Assembly (NCBI GenBank): GCA_964482725.1 | Contig: CAYZYT010000010.1 | Location: 15,794 to 79,793 of the forward strand | From: an uncultured bacterium | GTDB lineage: Bacteria > Omnitrophota > Omnitrophia > Omnitrophales > Aquincolibacteriaceae | Length of the DNA stretch: 64,000 nucleotides | Direction of reading: 5' to 3' | Shown: positions 48,519 to 57,487 of the stretch, piece by piece | How positions within the stretch are numbered: the stretch's first letter is position 1 | How the letters are laid out: each line of letters starts with the position of its first letter | Notes under the pieces: model-generated | What the model was told of the DNA's origin: nothing | Databases searched by the model: none | What the model saw: only the letters and a program-made list of their open reading frames with translations | Position numbers and translations under genes: made by a program

Positions 48519-49592
48519 GTGATAGCAACGCCTGGAGTGATCAAGATCGATAGTCATGATCCGGATATGACGCGGATCCGGGAAGTGGCCCATGCTTGCA
48601 AAGAGGGCAAGGTTATTGCGTTTCCCACGGAAACGGTTTATGGGATCGGCGGGCGGATGAGCGCGCCCGCGATCGAAAAGCGTCTCCGTGAGATCAAGGG
48701 GCGTTCGGATACAAAACCCTTTTCCTATCACATCGGGGACTGGGGGATGCTGGACACTCTCAAGGTCAAGAAAACGCCGCTTGTTCGTGCGATGGCCCGG
48801 CAGTTTTGGCCCGGGCCGGTGACTTTGGTCGTTTTAGATAGGGCCGGTCACAAGATCGGGATACGATTTCCGAAGAACAAGATCGCGCTTGCTTTGATCC
48901 AGGAAGTCGGGGAGCCGCTTATCGCGACCAGCGCGAACCTAAGCGAAAAACCGTCGCCGCATACGGCGCACCAGGTGGTGGAACAATTGCAAGGCGCCTT
49001 CGATCAACTGATCGATGGCGGCAGGACCGAGCTGATGCTCGATTCGACGGTCGTGGATGTTACGGGAGAAATTCCTGTCGTTCTCCGTAAAGGAGCGCAG
49101 GGCGCGGAGGTGGAGAAGACGGTCGGAAAGATGAACTCCGGGAAATGTCCGCGCAAACATATCTTGATCGTTTGTACCGGGAATTCTTGTCGTTCCCCGA
49201 TGGCGGAAGGGTGGCTCAGGCACGAGATCGAGAAAATGGGATTGTCCTCCGAGATCGAGGTGTTTTCCTGCGGGACGAACGCGCGGGACGGACTCCCGTG
49301 TACGTCAGAGGCGGAACTCGTGTTGCGCAATCGTGAGATCGACATGAGCGGGTTTCGCAGCCGGCGCTGTCGAAAAGGAGATCTGTGGAGCTCGGATCTG
49401 GTTCTTGCGATGGCGGAACAGCATGCGGAAGATGTTGCGGCGATGCTGCCCGCGGTGCGGGAAAAGACGATCACGTTGAATGTGGAAGACCCGATCGGCA
49501 TGGGGATGCAGGTTTATGAAAAAACCTTGCTTGATATCGAATCAAAAATGAAACAACATATGAACCAGATCCTCCGGTTGGAGCAACCTTAA
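48519..49592 (+). CDS. tsaC: TsaC/YrdC threonylcarbamoyl-AMP synthase fused to an LMW phosphatase (YwlE-like)
   Basis: FPTETVYG, KGR...KP, FWPGP.T, TSAN; C-terminal CTGNSCRSPMAE and DP motifs. Start is approximate. Confidence 0.88.
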   Translation: MIATPGVIKIDSHDPDMTRIREVAHACKEGKVIAFPTETVYGIGGRMSAPAIEKRLREIKGRSDTKPFSYHIGDWGMLDTLKVKKTPLVRAMARQFWPGPVTLVVLDRAGHKIGIRFPKNKIALALIQEVGEPLIATSANLSEKPSPHTAHQVVEQLQGAFDQLIDGGRTELMLDSTVVDVTGEIPVVLRKGAQGAEVEKTVGKMNSGKCPRKHILIVCTGNSCRSPMAEGWLRHEIEKMGLSSEIEVFSCGTNARDGLPCTSEAELVLRNREIDMSGFRSRRCRKGDLWSSDLVLAMAEQHAEDVAAMLPAVREKTITLNVEDPIGMGMQVYEKTLLDIESKMKQHMNQILRLEQP

Positions 49593-49603
49593 AGGCGGAA
49601 ATT

Positions 49604-50074
49604 ATGATGAAACCTAAGATCGCAGTCGCGACCGATCACCGCGGCATTCAGCTGAAGAGCGCGTTAATTGATTTTCTTAAGAACAAGAATTTTGAGGTGG
49701 TCGACTGTGGCGCCTTTACCGACGAATCCTGCGATTATCCGGATTTTATTTTTGCCGCGGCTGAGAAAGTCGCCAGCAAAGAATGCCACCGGGCGATCGG
49801 GATCTGCTATACAGGGATCGGGAGCACGATCGCGGCCAATAAGGTGAGCGGTGTTCGCGCGGCGCTTTGCCAGAATATCGAACAGGCACGTCTTTCCCGC
49901 GGCCATAATGACTCCAATATGTTAATCCTCGGCTCGGGGTTTTTGCCGCAGGATATTATTTTTCCGCTCGTCGATACTTGGCTCAATACACCATTTGAAA
50001 GGGGTCGCCATGAGGTCCGTGTTAACAAAATTAGGGCTTATGAAAAGAAGCATTGTCGATCAAACGCAGCTTAA
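49604..50074 (+). CDS. rpiB: Ribose-5-phosphate isomerase B
   Basis: DH.G..LK, DYPD, IC.TGIG..IAANK..GVRAA, HNDSN, FE.GRH..R. Confidence 0.94.
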   Translation: MMKPKIAVATDHRGIQLKSALIDFLKNKNFEVVDCGAFTDESCDYPDFIFAAAEKVASKECHRAIGICYTGIGSTIAANKVSGVRAALCQNIEQARLSRGHNDSNMLILGSGFLPQDIIFPLVDTWLNTPFERGRHEVRVNKIRAYEKKHCRSNAA

Positions 50075-51305
50075 GAGGACCGATCCGGATATTTACAATG
50101 CCATCCGGGCGGAAGTTCGCCGGCAGAACGAAAATATCGAGCTGATCGCGAGCGAGAATTTCACTTCGATGTCTGTCCTCGAGGCGATGGGTTCGGTCTT
50201 GACGAATAAATACGCGGAAGGGTATCCGACGAAGCGTTGGTACGGCGGTTGCGAAAATGTGGACGTGGTCGAGCAGCTTGCGATCGATCGCGCGAAGCAG
50301 CTCTTCGGAGCCGAGCACGCGAATGTTCAACCCCATAGCGGGACTTCGGCCAATATCGCGGTCTTTATGGCGCTCTTGGAACCGGGAGATAAGATCCTGG
50401 GCATGGATCTGACGCATGGCGGTCATTTGTCGCATGGCCATAAAATGAATTATTCCGGGAAATTTTATACGATCATTCCGTATGGGGTCAGTCCGAAAGA
50501 CGAACAGATCGATTATGATGCTCTCGAGCAGCTGGCGAAAGAGCATAAGCCCAAGATGATCCTTTTGGGCGCTTCGGCGTATCCGCGGATCATTGATTTT
50601 GCGCGCGGCCGGAAGATCGCCGACCAGGTCGGGGCGCTTTTGATGGTGGATATGGCGCATTTCGCGGGCCTTGTGGCCACGGGGCATCACCCTAGTCCGG
50701 TGCCTTACGCGGATGTGGTGACCACGACGACGCATAAAACACTTCGCGGCCCTCGCGCGGGTCTCATCCTCTGCAAAGAAAAATACGCGAAAGCGATCGA
50801 TTCCGCCGTGTTCCCGGGGATCCAGGGTGGACCGCTCATGCACGTGATCGCGGCGAAGGCCGTGGCGCTCAAGGAGGCCTTAAGCCCCGAGTTTAAAGAA
50901 TATAGTGCTCAGGTCGTGAAGAATGCCAAGACCCTTGCGAGCGCGATGGCGGCGCGCGGTTGGAGGATCGTTTCCGGTGGCACGGATAATCATTTGATGC
51001 TTGTCGACGTGACGGTGAAGGGCTTTAACGGTAAGCAGGTCCAGGAGCTTCTGGATAAAGTGAAGATCACGGTGAACAAGAACATGATTCCGTTCGACAA
51101 GGAATCGCCTTTCAAGGGCTCCGGGGTTCGGCTGGGAACGCCCGCGGTGACGACTCGTGGAATGAAAGAGAAAGAGATGGAGCTGATTGCCGAACTCATC
51201 GATGAAACGCTTAAGGCTCCCGCGGACGAAGCGAATCTCGCGAGCGTTCTTTTTCGGGTCGAAGCCCTAACTCAAAAGTTCCCGCTTTATCCGGAGCTTC
51301 AATAG
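50040..51305 (+). CDS. glyA: Serine hydroxymethyltransferase
   Basis: [34 protein letters not shown]. Confidence 0.97.
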   Translation: MKRSIVDQTQLKRTDPDIYNAIRAEVRRQNENIELIASENFTSMSVLEAMGSVLTNKYAEGYPTKRWYGGCENVDVVEQLAIDRAKQLFGAEHANVQPHSGTSANIAVFMALLEPGDKILGMDLTHGGHLSHGHKMNYSGKFYTIIPYGVSPKDEQIDYDALEQLAKEHKPKMILLGASAYPRIIDFARGRKIADQVGALLMVDMAHFAGLVATGHHPSPVPYADVVTTTTHKTLRGPRAGLILCKEKYAKAIDSAVFPGIQGGPLMHVIAAKAVALKEALSPEFKEYSAQVVKNAKTLASAMAARGWRIVSGGTDNHLMLVDVTVKGFNGKQVQELLDKVKITVNKNMIPFDKESPFKGSGVRLGTPAVTTRGMKEKEMELIAELIDETLKAPADEANLASVLFRVEALTQKFPLYPELQ

Positions 51306-51320
51306 AAGAAAAGAGATCTC

Positions 51321-51779
51321 ATGCGTTGTCCTTTCTGCAAGCAGGATTCTGATAAGGTGATCGATTCGCGTGCCGCGAATGAAGGGGAAGTCGTCCGCCG
51401 AAGGCGCGAGTGTACAGCGTGCAGTAAGCGATTCACGACTTATGAGCGGGTCGAGGAGATTCCGATGTTCGTCGTAAAAAAAGACCAGCGGCGTGAGGCG
51501 TATGAGCGCTCCAAGGTGCTTGCCGGGGTCTACAAGGCTTGTGAAAAACGTCCCGTGCCGCTCGCGGCTCAGGAAAAGGTGGCGGATGATCTCGAGACCA
51601 CGATCCGCGAAAAATATGACAGGGAAGTTCCTTCCCGAATCATCGGGGAATTTATCATGCAACGGCTCGCCAAGATCGATCAGGTGGCGTATGTGCGGTT
51701 TGCCAGTGTCTACCGCGATTTTCAGGATGTGAGTCATTTTATGAAAGAACTGAAGTTTCTGCTGGCGAAGCCGAAATAA
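51321..51779 (+). CDS. nrdR: Transcriptional repressor NrdR
   Basis: MRCPFC, RRRREC..C..RFTTYE, ATP cone, VAYVRFASVYR.F. Confidence 0.96.
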   Translation: MRCPFCKQDSDKVIDSRAANEGEVVRRRRECTACSKRFTTYERVEEIPMFVVKKDQRREAYERSKVLAGVYKACEKRPVPLAAQEKVADDLETTIREKYDREVPSRIIGEFIMQRLAKIDQVAYVRFASVYRDFQDVSHFMKELKFLLAKPK

Positions 51780-51835
51780 TCTTTTAATATACGGTAGCCT
51801 TATTTAACAAAAGAGACTTAGACGGAAAAGCTTTA

Positions 51836-51864
51836 TTGTTGTCTTTGAAACTGTATTGTATGAT
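51836..51864 (+). promoter_or_regulatory. Probable promoter of SWIB gene 1
   Basis: TTGTTG-17 bp-TATGAT. Confidence 0.5.
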
Positions 51865-51943
51865 ATCAACCTAGTAAAGCCGTGGGCGCGGGTCCGGGAC
51901 ATCGGATGCGGGAACTCGGTTCAAACCAAAAGGAGAAAGCATT

Positions 51944-52198
51944 ATGGCGAAAGCGAATTCAGCGTTTATGAAGCCGATGAATATCAGTGAAGAGCTCGCG
52001 ATTGTGGTCGGCAAGGGACCGATGCCTCGCAGCGAAGTCGTGAAAAAACTTTGGGAATACATCAAGAAGAATAAGCTTCAAGATGAGAAGAACAGGCGCA
52101 ATATCAACGGGGATGCCGCGCTCAAGACTGTGTTCGGTGGCAAGTCGGTCGTCAATATGTTCGAGATGACCAAGCTCGTCAGCAAGCACCTTTCTTAA
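51944..52198 (+). CDS. Stand-alone SWIB/MDM2 domain protein, copy 1
   Basis: FMKP...S.EL..VVG..PM.R.EVVKKLW.YIK.N.LQD..N.R.I..D..LK.VFG....NMFEM.KLVS.HL. Confidence 0.92.
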   Translation: MAKANSAFMKPMNISEELAIVVGKGPMPRSEVVKKLWEYIKKNKLQDEKNRRNINGDAALKTVFGGKSVVNMFEMTKLVSKHLS

Positions 52199-52394
52199 GG
52201 CCTCTTTCGTTTTTCATCGCTCTGCCCCCCGTTGCAAAACGGAGGACAGAGTCCATGTAAAAGTTGGGCGGGAGGAAAGGATCTGGAAGGGAAACTTCCG
52301 GATCCTTTCCGGCCCGAGACTTTCGGGTGGTTCAACAGGAATTTTCGTTTCTCTTTTTTTTAGCTGAAGACAAAAAGATTATGAAAAGGGCTTT

Positions 52395-53342
52395 ATGGGC
52401 AAGCTGGGTATCCTTTTAGCATTTCTGCTTTCCGTTGCCGCCGCGGGTGGCTCTTACTATTTGTATCAAGGTTGGGTCGAAGAACGTACTGTGCGTAGCA
52501 GCGTTGAAGCCAAGTACGATCAGGTCAAAGAAAAAATGATCACCGTCCAGTCCGAGAAAGATCAGATCAAGGCTGAGAAAGAACAAATTTCTGCGGAGAA
52601 AGATCAGATCACGGCCAAAAGCGAAGAATATCGCACCAAGGCCGAAGCGATGCAGGCTCAGCTTGAGAAACTTCAAACCGAACAAACTCGTATTGATTCC
52701 GAGAAAGCGGTTCTCGAAAAGCAGCTGAAGAGCCATCAGGAGATGATTGCGGAGCTTCAGACGAAAATGGGAGAGCTTGAGAAAAAGGCCAAGGAAGCTC
52801 AAGCCGCCTGCGGAGTGACTCCCGCCGACCTGAAGACGGATCCTTTTTATGCACCCCAATCTTTTACAAGTCCAGCAGCCTCCACAACGTCTTCGGGGGG
52901 GGCAGGACCTTCGCCGCTTGTTTTTAAACCGGTCACTTCCATCGGGACAAACGCTGTCAGCGCGTCTATGCCGGAACCTTCAGCTCCCGCGAGTGTGGTC
53001 CCTGCAGTTCAAGCTGTTTCTGTGATCACAGGGACGTCTGTTTCTGAGGCTCCGAAAGTTACAGCCCCGGAGCCTGTGCCATCTCCTGACGTCTCTGTAG
53101 CTGCCGGGGCAACGGCAGGCGCTAAAGTCCTCACGGTGAACCGCAAATTTAATTTTGTGGTTATCAACCAGGGCCTTCAGGAAGGGCTCAAGATGGGGGA
53201 CAAACTGAAGGTCTTCAAACAAGGCAAGGAGAGCGCGACGGTCCAGATCGAAAAACTCTATGACAAGTTTTCTGCGGCCACCCTTGTGGAAGAAGACCCC
53301 AAGCAGCAGGTCGTTGAAGGCGATGAGATTCGCAAGGCCTAA
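52395..53342 (+). CDS. Membrane-anchored coiled-coil protein with Pro/Ser/Ala linker and small C-terminal beta domain
   Basis: N-terminal TM, long heptads, V..VN....FVVIN.G...G...GD.L.V C-terminal domain (FlgT-C-like by eye). Confidence 0.75.
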   Translation: MGKLGILLAFLLSVAAAGGSYYLYQGWVEERTVRSSVEAKYDQVKEKMITVQSEKDQIKAEKEQISAEKDQITAKSEEYRTKAEAMQAQLEKLQTEQTRIDSEKAVLEKQLKSHQEMIAELQTKMGELEKKAKEAQAACGVTPADLKTDPFYAPQSFTSPAASTTSSGGAGPSPLVFKPVTSIGTNAVSASMPEPSAPASVVPAVQAVSVITGTSVSEAPKVTAPEPVPSPDVSVAAGATAGAKVLTVNRKFNFVVINQGLQEGLKMGDKLKVFKQGKESATVQIEKLYDKFSAATLVEEDPKQQVVEGDEIRKA

Positions 53343-53559
53343 GCTTCTTATCTTATCCTTGTTCCTGGGGGGGGTTTTTGTGGTTTCCTCAGCGTTCGCG
53401 GCCGAAGAACAGCCCTGGGCCACGCAAATGAAGAGCGATCTCAGCGATATTAAAACTCGTTTGGCGACCCTTGAGGAACGCCAGAAAGAGATCATCGCCA
53501 AAGAAGATAAGATACTCCAAGAGCTCGATCGCATTCGTATGTGGGTCCACAAGAGATAA
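53323..53559 (+). CDS. Small secreted coiled-coil protein
   Basis: Signal peptide ending SAFA; L..LE.RQKEI..KEDKILQEL..IR.W. Confidence 0.7.
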   Translation: MRFARPKLLILSLFLGGVFVVSSAFAAEEQPWATQMKSDLSDIKTRLATLEERQKEIIAKEDKILQELDRIRMWVHKR

Positions 53560-53568
53560 TCTTTTTTC

Positions 53569-54861
53569 ATGTCCTCCCTTTCATTTACAGGTCCCGGCCA
53601 GTTCCGCGGGACTTACGCCCCTCCGGGTGATAAATCTATTTCCCACCGAGCGATCCTTTTTGGTGCTTTATCCGAAGGGGAGAGCGTCTACGAGAATTTC
53701 CTGGAAGCTGAGGATTGTCTTCATACTCTGGAGGCGATGCGCCGGATGGGCGTTCAGATCCAACATGAAAAAGGAACGGGACAGGTCCGGATATCAGGGA
53801 AGGGCCTTCATAAACTTTCCGCTCCGGGCCAGGAACTTTATCTCGGAAATTCCGGGACTTCTATGAGGCTTCTCCTGGGGATCCTGGCGGGTCAACGGTT
53901 TGAAACCGTGCTTACCGGGGATCCCTCTCTTTCAGTCCGGCCCATGCGCCGTGTGACGGATCCCTTGAAACAGATGGGCGCACAGATCAAGGGCAAAGAG
54001 AATGGCAACTTCGCGCCGCTTACGATCCGTGGCGGCAAACTTCGCGGGATCGATTTTGATAATAAACTTTCGAGTGCGCAGGTCAAGTCTGCGCTGCTTT
54101 TCGCCGGGATGTTCGCCGAAGGAAGAACCATGGTTCGTGAGGCGATTCCCTCGAGGGATCACACGGAACGGTTTCTTGAGGCCGCCGGGGCGCGTTTTCA
54201 AAAAATCGATAACCATCTGATCGTTGAAAAGACGGAAATGCTTTTGCCGTTGCACGCGCGTGTTGCGGGCGATATTTCATCCGCTGCTTTTTTTATCGTA
54301 GGAGCGGCGATGATCCCGGGCTCTGAGTTGACCGTTCTGGATGTGGGGCTCAATCCCACACGGACCGGACTTCTCGAAGTTCTAAAACGCATGGGCGCGA
54401 AGATTGAAATCGAAGTCAAGCAAACGGTTCCGGAACCGATGGGGACGATCCACGTGTGTGGCGCGAAACTGAAAGGTACAGGGATCACGCACGGGGAGAT
54501 CCCGTCCCTGATCGATGAACTCCCGGTCCTGATGGTCGCGATGGCACTTGCGGAAGGGGAAAGCCTTATTTCAGGTGCGGCGGAGCTACGCGTCAAAGAA
54601 ACCGATCGTATTCAATCCATGGTTCGGAATCTTAAGGCGATCGGAGCGTCGATCGAAGAGCTTCCGGATGGGTCTCTTATAAGGGGAGTGGAGAAATTTC
54701 ACGGCGCCACGGTCGAGAGTTTTGGAGATCACCGGACGGCGATGAGTATGGGGGTGGCCAGCCTCGCTTCGGAGGGAACGATCGAAGTCACGGACACGGC
54801 ATGCATCGCGACTTCTTACCCCGCTTTCATGGACCCTTTTCTCCGGTTGCTCAAGTCCTGA
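53569..54861 (+). CDS. aroA: EPSP synthase
   Basis: PGDKSISHRA, GNSGTSMRL, SAQVKS, RDHTE, NPTR, LRVKETDRI, DHR.AM. Confidence 0.97.
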   Translation: MSSLSFTGPGQFRGTYAPPGDKSISHRAILFGALSEGESVYENFLEAEDCLHTLEAMRRMGVQIQHEKGTGQVRISGKGLHKLSAPGQELYLGNSGTSMRLLLGILAGQRFETVLTGDPSLSVRPMRRVTDPLKQMGAQIKGKENGNFAPLTIRGGKLRGIDFDNKLSSAQVKSALLFAGMFAEGRTMVREAIPSRDHTERFLEAAGARFQKIDNHLIVEKTEMLLPLHARVAGDISSAAFFIVGAAMIPGSELTVLDVGLNPTRTGLLEVLKRMGAKIEIEVKQTVPEPMGTIHVCGAKLKGTGITHGEIPSLIDELPVLMVAMALAEGESLISGAAELRVKETDRIQSMVRNLKAIGASIEELPDGSLIRGVEKFHGATVESFGDHRTAMSMGVASLASEGTIEVTDTACIATSYPAFMDPFLRLLKS

Positions 54862-54883
54862 AAAAATGCGAGTTTGTTTTGGT

Positions 54884-54912
54884 TTGACAGTGAAAAAAGC
54901 TTTCGATATACT
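54884..54912 (+). promoter_or_regulatory. Sigma70-type promoter of the mre operon
   Basis: TTGACA-17 bp-TATACT. Confidence 0.8.
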
Positions 54913-54963
54913 ACGGCCTCTATAAACGCTAGCCCACACAACAGATACGAAAAGGCAGAGCCT

Positions 54964-56016
54964 ATGTTTTTGATCGATCGATTGTTAGGATTCTTTTCCA
55001 GCGATATTGGTATCGACCTCGGAACCGCAAACACCCTCGTTTACGTTAAAGGCCAAGGTGTTGTGTTGTGTGAGCCTTCCGTGGTTGCCATTGACCGTAC
55101 GACCCACCAGGTTCTTGCTGTCGGGGAAGAGGCCAAGCGCATGCTCGGCCGAACGCCCGGCAACATCGTGGCCATCCGTCCTATGAAAGACGGCGTCATC
55201 GCGGACTTTGATATCACCGAAGCGATGCTCCGTTATTTTATCCGTAAAGTTCATCGCCGCAAAACGGGTATCAGCCCGCGTGTTGTGATCGCGGTTCCTA
55301 GCGGTATTACCGAAGTCGAAAAGCGCGCCGTGAAAGATTCTGCGGAACGGGCCGGAGCTCGCACGCCGGTTTATCTTGTGGAAGAACCTATCGCTGCGGC
55401 GATTGGTGTTGGGCTTCCGATCCATGAGCCGGCCGGGAATATGATCATTGATATCGGCGGCGGGACGACCGAGATCGCCGTGATCTCTCTTTCAGGGATC
55501 GTGTTTGCCAAAAGCATTCGTATCGGCGGCGACGAATTTGATGAGTCGATCATGTCGCATCTGAAGAAGGCCTATAATTTGATGATCGGGGAGCGCACAG
55601 CCGAAGAGATCAAGATCCGCATCGGTTCCGCGTACCCGCTCGAAGAAGAAACGACTCTGGATGTCAAAGGACGCGATGTCCTCGCCGGATTGCCGAAAAC
55701 GATCAGTGTCACAAGCGAAGAGATCCGGGAAGCTCTCTCTGAGCCGCTTTCCTCTATTCTCGAAGCTGTTCGCATTGCGCTGGAGCGGACACCGCCGGAA
55801 TTATCTGCGGATCTGATCGATCGGGGTTTGATCTTAGCCGGAGGAGGATCTCTTTTGAGGGGATTTGACAAGTTGATCAGCGAAGAAACAGGGCTTCCTG
55901 TTCACATCGCGGATGATCCTCTCACCGCCGTGGCGCTTGGTACGGGTCGTTATTTGAGCGATTTCCACCTTCTGAAGCGTTTGACGGTGAATAGCAATGC
56001 TACTCGGGAATACTAG
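54964..56016 (+). CDS. mreB: Rod shape-determining protein MreB
   Basis: [35 protein letters not shown]. Confidence 0.98.
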   Translation: MFLIDRLLGFFSSDIGIDLGTANTLVYVKGQGVVLCEPSVVAIDRTTHQVLAVGEEAKRMLGRTPGNIVAIRPMKDGVIADFDITEAMLRYFIRKVHRRKTGISPRVVIAVPSGITEVEKRAVKDSAERAGARTPVYLVEEPIAAAIGVGLPIHEPAGNMIIDIGGGTTEIAVISLSGIVFAKSIRIGGDEFDESIMSHLKKAYNLMIGERTAEEIKIRIGSAYPLEEETTLDVKGRDVLAGLPKTISVTSEEIREALSEPLSSILEAVRIALERTPPELSADLIDRGLILAGGGSLLRGFDKLISEETGLPVHIADDPLTAVALGTGRYLSDFHLLKRLTVNSNATREY

Positions 56017-56198
56017 AGCGCTGCGTTTCTATTGATTTTATGAGGTTGCAGTGCTTAGCCGCTAACTCATAAAAACAAATAAAAACGGTGCTGTTTTTTT
56101 TTCTCTTTTAGCGCCCCTCCGAAAGTGGCCTCCTGCAGCTGAAGTAGACGTTTTTTCAGGATCTTTTCTGTCTTGTGCTTATCGGAGATGTTGCCCTC

Positions 56199-56999
56199 AT
56201 GCGGCGCTGGCGTTCGTATTATTTTATTGCGGTTCCCGTCATTGTCCTCATCGCTTTCTCCCAATACCCCCGGTTGAACGAGTCCGTCCATTCTGTTTTT
56301 TCCACTCTTGCGCGGCCCGCGTTCGCGTTCGGAAGCAGTCTGCGGGAAGGCTTCTATGCGATTCGTTATCAATCTGGCAATTTTTTTGATGCCGTGGGAA
56401 AACAGAAGGAATATCTCGCGCGCATTCAAGAACTTGAGGGTCTGCTGATCCGTTCTCGTGAAGTGGATCGGGAGAACCAGCGGCTCAAGAAGCTTCTCAA
56501 CTTCAGTCTTCCTCTGGCCACGCGCACCATCGGTGCACGGGTGATCGGGGAGGATGTAACGCCTTGGAAAAAAGTGGTTCTTCTTGATAAGGGAAGTCGT
56601 CACAATCTCAAGAAGGATCTAGCGCTGGTGGTGCCAGAAGGGTTGGTGGGACGCATTCTGGAAGTCGAGCCTTACACAGCTCACGCGATCCTTTTGCCCG
56701 ATCCGGATTGCCGTGTGAGCGCATTGACCGCGACAAGCCGTGCGCAGGGAATCGTCGCCGGGACCGGCACCGATAAGCTTCAAATGAAATATCTGGCGCT
56801 GGATGCCGAGATTGAGATCGGGGAGGATGTAACCACCTCCGGTGTTGGGAGTATTTTTCCTAAGGGACTTCTGATCGGAAAGATCGAATCCATTGAACGC
56901 GACGGCGATGGTCTGCATCTTCTCGCCCTCGTCAAACCTTCCGTACCTTTTTCCAAGCTTGAGGAAGTGCTATGTCTCGTCTCGCCTCTGCAAAAGTAA
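56199..56999 (+). CDS. mreC: Rod shape-determining protein MreC
   Basis: TM, EN.RLK.LL, LDKG, GLVGRI, TSG.G.IFPKG..IG. Confidence 0.92.
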   Translation: MRRWRSYYFIAVPVIVLIAFSQYPRLNESVHSVFSTLARPAFAFGSSLREGFYAIRYQSGNFFDAVGKQKEYLARIQELEGLLIRSREVDRENQRLKKLLNFSLPLATRTIGARVIGEDVTPWKKVVLLDKGSRHNLKKDLALVVPEGLVGRILEVEPYTAHAILLPDPDCRVSALTATSRAQGIVAGTGTDKLQMKYLALDAEIEIGEDVTTSGVGSIFPKGLLIGKIESIERDGDGLHLLALVKPSVPFSKLEEVLCLVSPLQK

Positions 57000-57487
57000 T
57001 TCTCTATTTTCTCTTCCTCGCGGTCCTGGACGGGTCGGTGATGCCAGCCTTTCAGATCCGTTCGGTGTATCCCAGTTTCCTGTACCTCTTCATTTGTTAT
57101 GCTGCTTTTGAGTGGGGGGCTCCCAAGACCGTTTATGTTGCGTTTTGGGCGGGACTTTTAAGGGATTTTCTTGGGGGCGGTGTGATCGGGCTCGAAGCGA
57201 CCCTTCTGGTCACTTTAGCTCTTGCGCTCGATTTTTTAGTCCAAAAAATGGAACGGCAATTGCCGGGGATCTATTTTATCGTCACGTTCCTTTTTGTTTT
57301 TTGCGCCGGAGTTCTAAGACTTCTGGTGAGTTCCGTGGGCGAATTGCCGCCGTCTCTCGTCTGGAGGTATTTGGGGTTGATCGCGATGACCGCGCTTTAC
57401 ACGAGCGCGCTCTTGCCTCTCTTTAATTTCCTGACGAACCGGTGGCTGGGGTCTAGCGCTGCCCGGCAATATGAGCTTTTCCGCTGA
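56972..57487 (+). CDS. mreD: Rod shape-determining protein MreD
   Basis: Hydrophobic 171-aa ORF with GLL.D motif between mreC and mrdA. Confidence 0.85.
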   Translation: MSRLASAKVILYFLFLAVLDGSVMPAFQIRSVYPSFLYLFICYAAFEWGAPKTVYVAFWAGLLRDFLGGGVIGLEATLLVTLALALDFLVQKMERQLPGIYFIVTFLFVFCAGVLRLLVSSVGELPPSLVWRYLGLIAMTALYTSALLPLFNFLTNRWLGSSAARQYELFR

